From the NCBI GenBank assembly GCA_013416795.1, contig RQSC01001015.1, positions 1 through 34,912 on the forward strand: a stretch of DNA of 34,912 nucleotides. The letters run 5' to 3'. This document shows positions 1-10,066 of this stretch, one piece after another; the stretch's first letter is position 1; each line of letters starts with the position of its first letter. This stretch comes from Prasinococcaceae sp. CCMP 1430. Lineage: Eukaryota; Plantae; Prasinodermophyta. A program made the position numbers and the translations under genes. The notes beneath the pieces were generated by a model. The model was not told where the DNA came from and ran no database searches. It saw only the letters and a list, made by a program, of their open reading frames with translations.

Positions 1-268
1 AATGCCACCAGTTGCACCTCCGCCGCGCCCCGCGTCAACACCCCCTCCCTCCCCCGCGCCCCGCGCGCGCGCTCTGGTCCGCACTGCCAGCCGCGCGCGC
101 GCGCGCGGCGCTGCCGCGAAAAGACGCCCCGTCTGCCGTTTACTCCAATGCATTTTGACGTGAATATATACACTCTCCCGTGGGGTACATATCCAATGCG
201 AACTGACGTGCGCTCGGCTCGCGCCCAACGGCGGCAGCTGGCAGCTTCCGCGCGCCGCCGTTTTTCCA

Positions 269-2075
269 ATGCGTACCGAATTTGATCCGTGGGTGTGTGA
301 TTCGAAGGTGGGCTCTGGCGCGCGCGCGCGCGCGAAACGGCGCCACGGCGACGCACTCGATCCGCAAACCCTCTCGCCGGCGGCAGAGCGCGCGCGCGCG
401 CCGCAGGGCGGGCGCAGGCGTTGCCCCCCTGCGCCCTACCGCCCTCCCCCAGCCGCGGACGCCGGCGAGGGCGGCGGCGCGGGCGCGGCCGTGCGCGACC
501 TCAAGGGCCTGTTCGCGCTCGTCCTGCCGACGATGGCCACTTGGATTGCCGGGCCCATCCTCTCGATGGTCGACACGGCCGTGGTCGGCAAAATGGCGTC
601 GGCGTCGTCTGGGGGCGCGGAGTTGGCCTCGCTCGGCGCAGCGATCCTCGCGATCGACTATTCGTCCTTCGTGCTGACCGCTGCGCTGAGCACCGCGACG
701 GTGGTCCTCACGGCCCGCGCGGTCGCGCGCGGCCGCGATGGAAAGGAAGCGAGTCGCCGTGTCGCATCGACGGGTAGCTACGTGGCGCTCGCAGCGGCCG
801 TCGCGTTCGGCACGGTGCTCTTCGTCGGCGCGGAGCCCATCCTCAACCTCATAGTCCCCGAGCACAACCGCGCGCTGCTCGTTGGGCCGGCGGCCACGTA
901 CGTGCGCATACGCGCGCTGGCGGAGCCCTTCGCATTTTTGGAGACGGTGCTGCAGGCGTGGTTTCTCGGCCGCAAAGATGCCATCACCCCTCTGGTCGTC
1001 ACGCTGCTGGCTGCCGGCGTGAATCTGGTGCTCGACATCGTGCTCTGCGTGTGGCTCAAGCAGGGCCTCGCCGGCGCCGCGTGGGCGACGAGCGCGGCAC
1101 AGATGGCGGCGTGCTGCTACATTCTGTGGTTCTTCGTGCGTGTTGCAACGCGCGAGAGGCGCGAGGAGCGTGCCGCCGCCTCTCCGACCCTGACCGAGGC
1201 GGAAGGCGCCGAGGAGGGCGCCAATGAGACGGCATTGTTCGCACCGCCGAGCCGCGGCGACGTGGTGCACTTCTGTGGCGTGGGCGTGCCCACGGCGATG
1301 GTGGTCGTCACGAAGGTGTGCACGTACGGCGCACTGAGTGCTGCGGCCACGCGCCTCGGCACTGTGACCGGCGCCGCCCACACGGTGGCATCGAACATCT
1401 TCTTTCTGGCAGCGGTCTTTGGCGACAGCGTCAGTAGCGTCGCGCAGGCGGCAATGCCTGAGTATCTTGGCGTGCCACGCGCCGCTTTCAGGTGGGCAGG
1501 GCTGCTCCTGGTGGTGGGCGGCTTTGTGGGCATCTTCAACCTGTGTGCATCGTCAACCATGGCGACCATCGGTGCAGGGCTCTTCACCACATCGCCGGAA
1601 GTCGTGGCGGAGGTGCAGAGCGTCGTCCCTCTGATGGGTGCAGCAGTGCTCCTTCATGCGTTCTCGATGGCGACTGAAGGAGTTTTGTTCGCTGGCGCAC
1701 AGCTGCGCTACATGATCTGCTCATACGCACTGAATTGCTCCCTGGCGCTGGGTGCCCTAGCGGCGTACAGCGCCGCGAGCCCCGCGGGCCTCGCGCTGAC
1801 GTCGCTGTGGGCCGTCAAGGTACGTCATGCGCGCGCGCTCGTCCGCGCGTGCGTCCGCCCGCCCGAGCGGGTCTGAGCTCGTGTCTGACACAGCCGCCAT
1901 GCTTGCCTCACAGGTGCAGTTCCAGGTCGTGCGGATCGTGCTGAACGGCACCTGGCTCGTGGGGCCTTTGAGCATCCTCCGCACCACGACTGCGCTGAGC
2001 GACGGGGATGAGAAGGGCGAGAGCGAAGAGGAAGAGGCTGTCCTCCTCGATGTGTCCGAGCGAGCGATGCCGTGA
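269..2075 (+). CDS. MATE efflux transporter, plant DTX46/DTX47(EDS5)-like; exons 269-1819 and 1914-2075
   Basis: ~12 hydrophobic segments. WIAGPILSMVDTAVVG...ELASLG matches the DTX46/47 N-terminal motif as I recall it. Intron 1820-1913 (GTACGT...CTGAC...TCACAG, phase 0) joins LWAVK to VQFQVVRI, matching the family's C-terminal 'FQWARF' segment; TGA at 2073-2075. Confidence 0.9.
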
Positions 2076-2123
2076 GCAAAATTGTGAATTGTGTACAATG
2101 AGATATTCAGACCCGGTTACTCA

Positions 2124-3857
2124 TCAAAACGGCTGCGCTCGCGTGCCCTGCGACGACGTCTTTTTGGTTGCCACGAGAGCGAGTGCAGCGGCGAGCGCCG
2201 CGCCAGAAATCAGGGCGACGCGCGCGTTGGTGCCCTTCGTGCCCTCCACGTTCCCAACGCCCGCGCTCTCTCGCTCCAACGTTCGACCTGCCAGGCCTTT
2301 GACGACTCCGCGGAGCATGGCGTCCCAGTTATCACCTCTGCAAAAGCACACGGATGGATTTCGCAGCGTGCGCTTCACAGCGCCAGTCTTGGTAGGCAGC
2401 GTCTCGCCACGCACGGCGGAATGCAAGGAAGCAGCGGCACGCTCGTTTGGGGAGCCATACTCTCGCAGTCGCTCCGCCGCCTCCTCAGGCTTTATCTCGA
2501 GCGCCTGCGAAAGTGCCTCGACGAATTTCGACGGCGAGGCTGTGGCCGCAACCAACCGTGGCCCGCCTGCCGCGTCTCCTCTCGGCCTGTGCCTCGCTAC
2601 CACAGCCAGCCCGACAGCGGTGTGAGGGCAGACCAAGTAGGCACCAGGCTGCTCAGCGACGGCTTTCATGGCGCCCAAAGCGTCCGTGTCCGAGACCGAG
2701 CTCGCGTCCACGCCGAGCACGCCCTTAAGGCTACCAACGACCGCTGATGGAAGCCGCACACGCTCGGCCCTCTCCTGCGCCGCCGCCCAGTGCGCCACGG
2801 CGGCGCCATCACCGCCACTGGCGTACCAGAGGAGTCTCTCCAGATTGTATGGGGACGCGATGTCCATTGCCGGGGCGACAGTGGGGATCGTCTCAGCCCC
2901 TGGCGCCAGTTCGCCATCCCTTGCGAGCCGCACGAGGCACTGATTCGCATTGACGCACGCGTGCACGCGGACAGGCAGGCCCATGAGCCTGGCCACAACG
3001 GCGGCGACCATGTGCCCCCCTGCGCCTGTCGGCAAATAAAAGGTCGCCTCCTGGTCTGCCGCCGGACAGAGCTGCAAGTACGCCCAAAAGCAGTGCGCAG
3101 CCTGGACGAGCAGCCGCACGATATTGACGCTATTGAGCGACCCCAGGTCGAACTCTTGGCGGAAGGCCGCGTCGTCGAAGAGCAGCTTGATTGGCACGTC
3201 CAGCTCGTCGGACGTGCCTTCGACGGCCACGAGCGTCACGTTGTGTGCGTCCTCTCTCCCGCTCGCGCTGAGCATCTGCGCCTCCTGCACGGTACTGACA
3301 CGTCCGAGGGGGTACAACACCGCCAGATCAATGCTGGAGAGGCCTGCGACGGCCTCCATTGCCGCCGACCCCGTGTCGCCGCTGGTTCCGACGAGCACCG
3401 TCAGCCGCTTGCGCCGTGCCCGGAGGATGGCGTCCATGAGTCGCCCGAGCACCTGCAGCCCGAGGTCCTTAAAAGCGGCGGTGGGCCCATGGAACAACTC
3501 TACGACGGACACCTTTCCCGGGACGCGCGGGGTAGCGCCATCCCCTGGGAGCGAAGGCGCGTTCACCTCGCGCATGCGCACGGCGCCTGGCGGGAAGTCC
3601 CCGCGGACGAGCGCGGCATCGACGGCCTCGTGCAGCTCACCGCGGGACACGCCGCCCTCTCCGCACGCGTAGATCGCGAGCAGCTCTTCGACGAGCGCCG
3701 GATAGCTCAGCGGCGCCCACGCCCGCAGGGCCGCGGCGTCGAGCTCGGGCACGCGCTCGGGCAGCAGCATGCCGCCGTCCGCCGCGTAGCCGGCGAGCAC
3801 CGCGTCGCAGAAGCCGACCCCGCCGCCAGCGCCCGCGCGCGTGCTCACGAACCGCAT
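2124..3857 (-). CDS. THNSL2: Threonine synthase-like PLP enzyme of the fungal/animal class, closest to the THNSL2 type, with a C-terminal hydrophobic tail
   Basis: MRFVSTR...GYAADGG, ELFHGPTAAFKD (PLP lysine), GTSGDTGSAA, GTSDELDVPIK, NSVNIVRLLVQ, PYNLER, CPHTAVG, RGDNW. ATG at 3857; the longer ORF start lies in a CA microsatellite. No intron needed. Confidence 0.88.
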   Translation of the reverse strand: MRFVSTRAGAGGGVGFCDAVLAGYAADGGMLLPERVPELDAAALRAWAPLSYPALVEELLAIYACGEGGVSRGELHEAVDAALVRGDFPPGAVRMREVNAPSLPGDGATPRVPGKVSVVELFHGPTAAFKDLGLQVLGRLMDAILRARRKRLTVLVGTSGDTGSAAMEAVAGLSSIDLAVLYPLGRVSTVQEAQMLSASGREDAHNVTLVAVEGTSDELDVPIKLLFDDAAFRQEFDLGSLNSVNIVRLLVQAAHCFWAYLQLCPAADQEATFYLPTGAGGHMVAAVVARLMGLPVRVHACVNANQCLVRLARDGELAPGAETIPTVAPAMDIASPYNLERLLWYASGGDGAAVAHWAAAQERAERVRLPSAVVGSLKGVLGVDASSVSDTDALGAMKAVAEQPGAYLVCPHTAVGLAVVARHRPRGDAAGGPRLVAATASPSKFVEALSQALEIKPEEAAERLREYGSPNERAAASLHSAVRGETLPTKTGAVKRTLRNPSVCFCRGDNWDAMLRGVVKGLAGRTLERESAGVGNVEGTKGTNARVALISGAALAAALALVATKKTSSQGTRAQPF

Positions 3858-3921
3858 CGCCGCGCGCCGCGCGCCGGAGCGGCGCCACCAACTCTGCCGC
3901 CAGCGCGCTCGCCCACCCACG

Positions 3922-3946
3922 ACACACACACACACACACACACACA
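3922..3946. repeat. (AC)12 microsatellite
   Basis: Direct reading, 65-90 nt upstream of the THNSL2-like ATG. Confidence 0.95.
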
Positions 3947-4406
3947 GCTGGCCGTCACCCCTGCCTCTGGCACCGCCCGCGCGTCAGATTCCCCCGCTGT
4001 GCGGTGCGGCCCGGCGCGCCTGCGGCCCGCCCGACAGTTACGCACACCGCGCCCGCGCAGTGCCATCCTTGAACCCCAACACAATCAAATGTCAATCCAT
4101 ATCAAACTAGAACCCTGATTGGATACCTGAAACAAATCTGCCTCCTTCCAGGACGCACCCAACTGGGCCTGCGCGACGGGGCCTCTCTCGGAACGTTTGG
4201 GTTTTGTTTAGGGTAGTCTTGGTCATAAGGGTTCATAATCCGCCTCCAATTTCACGTCAAAATCCATTGGATTCGCCCACACCGCACCTTCCGCGCCGCT
4301 GCTCCTTTTTTGACCTTCTTTTTCCGGCCAGTTCGCAGCGCCTCAAAGCCCTGGGGCGCGGTGACGTGGAGCCCTTTGGTGGCCGGGTGTTCGCCCGGTC
4401 TTTCCC

Positions 4407-6413
4407 GTGCTTGTTCGGGTTGGGAAGCCGGGACTCCGGATCTCCTCCGGAGCTCTCTTCGGGGTCGTCGTTCGGCACTCGCGGCGTTTGCTCGGGTTGG
4501 GGACGTTGGTCTGCTGGGCGGCGTCGGGGCTGCGGCGGCACGTCCTCGAAGAACGCGCGCCACATGAGCTCGGGCATGGTGGCGTAGCGGAGGCGGCGGA
4601 GGGGGCGGCGGCGGGCGGCGGCGCGGCGGGCGAGCCGTTCACCATCACGACGCCGCTGTACTACGTCAACGCGGCGCCGCACATGGGCAGCGCGTACCCG
4701 ACCATGGCCGCGGACGCCGCCGCGCGCTTCCAGCGAATGCGCGGGCGCGACGTGCGCTTCGTCACCGGCGTCGACGAACACGGAGAGAAGGTGCGCGACG
4801 CGCCGGCCAGGTGCGGCCGTCGCGGCCGGCGCTGGGGAAAGCGTTGTGATGCGCGCCGCCCATCGCCGCAGTCTTGTGTTGCCTGCCGGGCCGGCCCGCT
4901 CCCGCTCTGCTGCCGCTGCGGCGCCGCGCACACGCCTCTGACCCCTCATCCTGCTCCCCCCCCTCCATCCTGCTCGCCCGCCCCATATTCGCCGCTCCTG
5001 CAGATCGCGCGCGCCGCGGCTGCGGCCGGCGTCTCGCCGCAGGAGCACTGCGACGCCATCGCGCAGAAGTACGTCGAGCTGTGGGACGCGCTCGACATCC
5101 GCTACGACGCCTTCGTGCGGACGACGGCAGAGCAGCACGAGCGCGTGGTAAGCGAGTTCCTCGAGCGCGTGTGGGCCAACGGTGACATCTACAAGTCCGC
5201 GTACGAGGGCAAGTACTGCGTGGACTGCGAGGAGTACAAGGACGAGAAGCAGATGACCGAGGAGGGCGACTGCCTGATTCACCGCCGTCCGTGCGAGGAT
5301 CGGCGCGAGGAGAACTATTTCTTCCGCCTTAGCGCGTACCAATCGCAGCTGGAGGCGCTGCTGGAGGACGAGACCTTCTGCAACCCCGCCAGCCGCCGCA
5401 ACGAGGTCGCCACGCTGCTGCGCGAGGGCGCCCGCGACTTCTCCATCAGCCGCTCTGCGGTCGAGTGGGGCATCCCGCTGGAGCGCGACCCCGAGCAGAC
5501 CGTGTACGTGTGGTTCGACGCGCTACTGGGCTACGTGAGCGCACTCCTGGGCGACAGGCCGCTCAGCGAAGCCGAGGCCGCCGGCTGGCCAGCGGACTAC
5601 CACATCGTCGGCAAGGACATTCTCCGCTTCCACGCGGTGTACTGGCCCGCCATGCTCATGAGCGCGGGGCTGCCCGTGCCCAAGGGCGTGTATGGCCACG
5701 GCTTCCTCACCAAGGACGGCCTCAAGATGGGGAAGTCGATGGGAAACACGCTGGAGCCCATGGAGCTCGTGGACAAGTACGGCGCCGACGCGGTGAGGTA
5801 CTATTTCTGCAAGGCGTGCGCCTTCGGCAAGGACGGCGACTTCTCTGAGGCGCAGTTCCTGTCCGCGGTGAACACCGACCTGGCCAATGACCTGGGCAAC
5901 CTGCTCAACCGCTCCAAGGGCCTGCTGAAGAAACGCTGTGGCAACACGCTGCCGCGCGATGCGGCGGAGCTGCGCGCGGAGGGCCACGCGCAGGCGGCGG
6001 CTGTGGACGCCGCCGTCGAGGCCGCCGCGGCTGCCTACGACCGCCTCGACTTCACCGCGGCGGGCGAGGCAGCCATGGAGGTCGTGCGCGAGGGCAACCG
6101 CCTCTTCGATGCGGCCGCGCCCTGGGCGACCCTCAAGTCCGAAGACGAGGCGGAGGTTGCGGCGGGAGCGGAGGCGCTGCTCGTGGCCATGGAGACGGTG
6201 CGCGCGGCGGCTGTCATGCTGGCACCCATCGTGCCCACGGTGGCCAAGAGCGTCTACCAACAGCTGGGCTACACAGACGAGGAGTGGGAGGCCGTCACGT
6301 GGGAGGACGCGCGCTGGGGTGGCATCGTCGCCAGCCGCGACATTCCCAAGGCCAAAGCCGTCTTTCAGCGCATGGAGGCCGTCGAGGCCGAGGTGGCTGG
6401 CGCGGCGGCGTGA
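4407..6413 (+). CDS. metG: Organellar (bacterial-type) methionyl-tRNA synthetase; one intron 4791-5003; true start unresolved
   Basis: FTITTPLYYVN, HMGSAY (HIGH motif), DEHGEK|IA across the intron (GTGCGC...CTGCAG), YCVDCEEYK, YVWFDALLGY, GKDILRFHAVYWP, KMGKS (KMSKS motif), ANDLGNLLNR. There is no in-frame ATG before the HIGH motif. Confidence 0.93.
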   Translation: MLVRVGKPGLRISSGALFGVVVRHSRRLLGLGTLVCWAASGLRRHVLEERAPHELGHGGVAEAAEGAAAGGGAAGEPFTITTPLYYVNAAPHMGSAYPTMAADAAARFQRMRGRDVRFVTGVDEHGEKVRDAPARCGRRGRRWGKRCDARRPSPQSCVACRAGPLPLCCRCGAAHTPLTPHPAPPPPSCSPAPYSPLLQIARAAAAAGVSPQEHCDAIAQKYVELWDALDIRYDAFVRTTAEQHERVVSEFLERVWANGDIYKSAYEGKYCVDCEEYKDEKQMTEEGDCLIHRRPCEDRREENYFFRLSAYQSQLEALLEDETFCNPASRRNEVATLLREGARDFSISRSAVEWGIPLERDPEQTVYVWFDALLGYVSALLGDRPLSEAEAAGWPADYHIVGKDILRFHAVYWPAMLMSAGLPVPKGVYGHGFLTKDGLKMGKSMGNTLEPMELVDKYGADAVRYYFCKACAFGKDGDFSEAQFLSAVNTDLANDLGNLLNRSKGLLKKRCGNTLPRDAAELRAEGHAQAAAVDAAVEAAAAAYDRLDFTAAGEAAMEVVREGNRLFDAAAPWATLKSEDEAEVAAGAEALLVAMETVRAAAVMLAPIVPTVAKSVYQQLGYTDEEWEAVTWEDARWGGIVASRDIPKAKAVFQRMEAVEAEVAGAAA

Positions 6414-6440
6414 GCTGTGCTGGCGCTTGACAACCACCCG

Positions 6441-6445
6441 TGTAA
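6441..6445 (+). terminator. TGTAA green-algal polyadenylation signal for MetRS
   Basis: TGTAA 28 nt after the stop codon. UGUAA is the established chlorophyte poly(A) signal. Confidence 0.6.
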
Positions 6446-6619
6446 CAAATGGATATTGTACTCGCCACTCCGGCTCGGTGAGGTCAATGCCTAGTCGGGG
6501 ACGCGTCCGACTCGGAACGAGCATCGCTGTCGCACGCACGCGCGCGCGCGCGCACCGCTCCTGCATGTAGGACAAAAAAGTCGCGCAACGCTTTAATCAT
6601 CCGAGGCGAAGCCCAGGCG

Positions 6620-7864
6620 CTACTGCTGCGGGCATTGCGGCTCGCCTTCCTCATACTGGGGCTCGCCCACGGCAGGGATGGAGGTATCCGCAGTCAAGGC
6701 GCCCGCGTCGCCGAGCACGCCCAGGTCGGCGGGCGACGGCAGCGGCGGCAGCTCGCTGGGTATTGTCAGCTGCTGCTGACGGAGCTGGTTTTGCCTCTGC
6801 TGCGGCTGCGGCTGCGGCTGCGGGGCGGCGGCCGAGGCCAGAGTCGCTGCTGCGGCAGCAGCGGGGAACCTCGCCTCCCAGTCCGGGTTTCCGAGCACGC
6901 CGGCGCCCCCACCCGTGCCGGCTCCGACCCCAGCGCCGCTGGCGCTGCCGGTCGCCGACACGGGCGCAAATGCCGAGCCCGTCCCGATGGCCTGCACGGG
7001 CTGCTGCGCGGGCTGCGCCACTGTCGTCACGCCTTCCCCCGCACCGCACTTGCACCTCTCGTTGGGGACGTACGGCGGCACCATGCCGCTGCCGTCGTGT
7101 GGCGCGCGCACGAAGAAGTACTCGAAGCAGATGTCACACCTATCACCGATGGTCCGCTTGAAGTGCTCGGGCCCGTGCGCGTGCCACGTCTTGCGCTTGC
7201 GACGCGAGCCCTTCGAGTTGGCCTGCAGCAGGTTGAAGCACGCCGGGCACAGGTCGTGGCAGGGGCCGTCGTCCGTGCGCTCGCACACCTGGCACGTGTA
7301 AAAATCCGCCAGCAGCGACACGCAACATCGGTCGCAGTGCCTGAGGTCGAACTCCTCGGGCTCTCGGTCGACAGTGTCGGCCTCGCCGACGCACACGCCC
7401 ATCACGCGCCGACCCTCCTCCCGGTCGGGGTTGTCGTTCAGCAGGTCGCACGACCACGTCGCCTCGAACGTGGTTGCCTCATCGAATCTCACCCGCACGC
7501 CCACCAGCTTGGCGCGCCGCGCCGCCGCCGCATCGGGCATGGAGAGCGCCCGCTTTCGTCGCTTTGGCGCGTGTGCGTCGCCGCCAACGCCCTCGAGCGC
7601 ATCGACGCCTCGCTCCCCCGCCGCCGGTGCGACGTCACCCTCGCTCAGGCGGCGCTTGCGGCCCTGCACGCCGCCTTCGAAGTCGTCGCCGTCGGCCGTC
7701 GCAGCGCCGCGGAGGGCGCGCGCAGAGCGCGGCTGTTGGCGGATCCGCGGATCCGGATGTGCGGGGCGGGACGGTCGTCGTCCTCTTCCCGACGAAACCC
7801 CTCTCTCAAGTCCCGCGCAGCGCCGCCCTGCACCTCGCGCAGCAACCTGCACATCAAATCCCAT
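6620..7864 (-). CDS. Hypothetical protein with a ZZ-type zinc finger and low-complexity A/G/Q-rich C-terminus
   Basis: CDRC...YTCQVC...DLCPACF...HAHGPEHF gives ZZ-like Cys/His spacing. Open frame from ATG 7864 to TAG 6620. Confidence 0.65.
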   Translation of the reverse strand: MGFDVQVAARGAGRRCAGLERGVSSGRGRRPSRPAHPDPRIRQQPRSARALRGAATADGDDFEGGVQGRKRRLSEGDVAPAAGERGVDALEGVGGDAHAPKRRKRALSMPDAAAARRAKLVGVRVRFDEATTFEATWSCDLLNDNPDREEGRRVMGVCVGEADTVDREPEEFDLRHCDRCCVSLLADFYTCQVCERTDDGPCHDLCPACFNLLQANSKGSRRKRKTWHAHGPEHFKRTIGDRCDICFEYFFVRAPHDGSGMVPPYVPNERCKCGAGEGVTTVAQPAQQPVQAIGTGSAFAPVSATGSASGAGVGAGTGGGAGVLGNPDWEARFPAAAAAATLASAAAPQPQPQPQQRQNQLRQQQLTIPSELPPLPSPADLGVLGDAGALTADTSIPAVGEPQYEEGEPQCPQQ

Positions 7865-8211
7865 TCGCCCCACACGCCCCGCCGCGCCCAGCTTTGCGCG
7901 GGCGGCGCGAATCTGCGTATCGATATCTCCCCCGGCCGGCTGGCACCGCTGGTGCCTGGTTGAATCGGGGTTTGCGGCCTGTCAAGCAGCATTTTAGATC
8001 AAAGTTCTCAGTGTTTCACCGTAAAAGTGACTTTTTTACAGTAAACCGTAAAACTCAGTGCTGGTGCCCGGTTGGTTGGAGCAGGCTAGCCCGGCCTAAA
8101 ACCATCGATGGTACACGAAGGTTTTCGAGGCTTTTGAACGCGACTTTTGAGACCCTCCCGTGGGTCTTTTTGATGTCACAATAAGTAGTACCATTGCATA
8201 GTACTATTCTA

Positions 8212-8920
8212 ATGTACCGCCGGCGTTCCGCGGCGCGCTCCTCCCTTTGTTCGCGCCGCCGGCCGGCGCTCGCGCGCTTTTTCGCCCCATCGCTTCCTGG
8301 GCCGAGGCGCGGGCGAGCGCGCGCCGCGGCGCCGGAAGGGAGCCGACCGCGGGTCGTCGCCCTGGCTCTGGCCCCGCGTTCGCCATTCTGTCGTTTCGGA
8401 TCGAGTCCTGGGTCAAAAACGGGGAAGCGCGCCGCGGCGCGAGAGGAAGCGGTCGTCGAGTCGGTTCGTTTCTGGGTGTTGGGCGGGGCGGGCGCCGCGC
8501 CACGTCAGCGGCCCTCGGATTCGGCGCGCTCGGTCGAGAACTCGAACGGCGTTCGGTCGGTGCGCTGCAACGGAGGCGCTTTGGCGCCACAGCGCGCGCG
8601 CGGCGCGGGGCAGGCGGAGGGAGCGGGCGATGACGGCACGGCGAGCGCCGCCCACGCGCAGGAGAGGGCGTCGCTCGCGGCGGACGCCCCGCGGCTGGGG
8701 CCGCCGCCGCTCGGCGAGGCGGTCGACGAGTTTCGCGAGGCCGTCAGGGGCTTCGCAGCCGAGCGCGTGGCGCCGTACGCCGCACAGATTGACCGTGACA
8801 ACAATTTCCCGTCGGAGGTGAACCTGTGGACGGAGATGGGCGAGATGGGGCTGCACGGAAGTGCGTCCACGCGCGCGCTGGCGCGCGCGCTGCAGCGCGC
8901 AGCGTTCGATGGCGCGCGAG

Positions 8921-8974
<54 letters not shown>

Positions 8975-10066
8975 AGGGTTGAACGCGTCAGTGCCAGGGT
9001 CGACCGTCGCCACCGCAAAGCTCCGACGCGCCCGCGCCCGCGTCCAACCCCTCCAACCCCGCCCGAAGTCACCGTGCCCGAAGAGTACGGGGGGCTGGGT
9101 CTGGGCTACCTCGAGCACTGCGTGGCCATGGAGGAGCTGAGCCGCGCGTCCGGGTCGGTTGCGCTGTCGTACGGCGCGCACTCAAATCTATGCATAAACC
9201 AGATCGTGCGCAACGGCAGCGCCGAGCAGAAGCGCCGTTTCCTGCCGCGCCTGCTCACCGGCGAGGCCGTGGGCGCGCTCTCAATGTCCGAGCCCAACGC
9301 CGGCAGCGACGTGGTGGGCATGAAGGCGACCGCCATTCGCAAGGGGGACCACTACGTCCTCAACGGCACCAAAATGTGGTGCACGAACGGCCCGACCGCG
9401 GAGACCGTGGTGCTCTACGCCAAGACCGACCCGAGCGAGAAGACCAAGGGGATTACTGCATTCATTGTCGACGTTCCGAACACGCCGGGCTTCCAGACTG
9501 CTCAGAAGCTCGACAAGATGGGCATGCGGGGGTCGGATACGTGCGAACTCGTGCTCGAGGATGCCATCGTGCCGGTGGAGAACAGGCTCGGCGAGGAGGG
9601 CCAGGGCGTGTATGTTCTCATGAGCGGCCTCGATCTGGAGCGTGTGGTGCTCTCGGCAGGGCCCGTGGGCATAATGCAGGCGTGCATGGACGTGGTGCTG
9701 CCCTACATGCACGAGCGGTCGCAGTTCGGCCAGCCCATTGGCAGCTTCCAGCTCATGCAGGGAAAGGTCGCGGACATGTACACGTCGCTCGCGGCCGCGC
9801 GTGCGCTCGTCTACCAGGCGGCCAGGGCGTGCGACGCCGGCACGCGCGACAAGGCCGATTGTGCCGCAGCCATCTTGTTCGCCTCGGACATGGCATCCAA
9901 CGTTGCGCTCGAAGCTGTCCAGGCTCTCGGCGGCAACGGGTACACCAGGGACTACCCGGTGGAGCGCTACCTGCGCGACGCCAAGCTCTATAGCATCGGA
10001 GCCGGCACCAATGAGATCCGCCGCATGCTGATCGGCAGGGCGCTCATTGACGAGGCAACGCGCTGA
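8212..10066 (+). CDS. IVD: Isovaleryl-CoA dehydrogenase (mitochondrial acyl-CoA dehydrogenase); intron 8861-9068; start provisional
   Basis: [10 protein letters not shown]...LHG|[91 protein letters not shown]. Intron GTGCGT...GAAG (phase 1) restores the Ile codon. Confidence 0.93.
8924..8974. repeat. Poly-C homopolymer (51 nt) inside the IVD intron
   Basis: Direct reading; the length may be an artefact. Confidence 0.8.

Noticed and set aside
4576-4587. TAG reassignment or read-through (as in some ulvophytes)
   Set aside because: TAG appears to terminate other genes here (6620, 17718, 32360), and reading through 4585 stays out of the MetRS frame.
4530-4590. Minus-strand peptide YATMPELMWRAFFED resembling a crooked-neck/HAT motif
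   Set aside because: It is too short, nothing HAT-like flanks it, and no gene model supports it.
4791-5003. Stop-free 3n intron in MetRS as a regulated retained exon
   Set aside because: Stop-free stretches of 213 nt are expected at this GC content. The splice signals are strong, and retention would break the conserved DEHGEK-IA motif.
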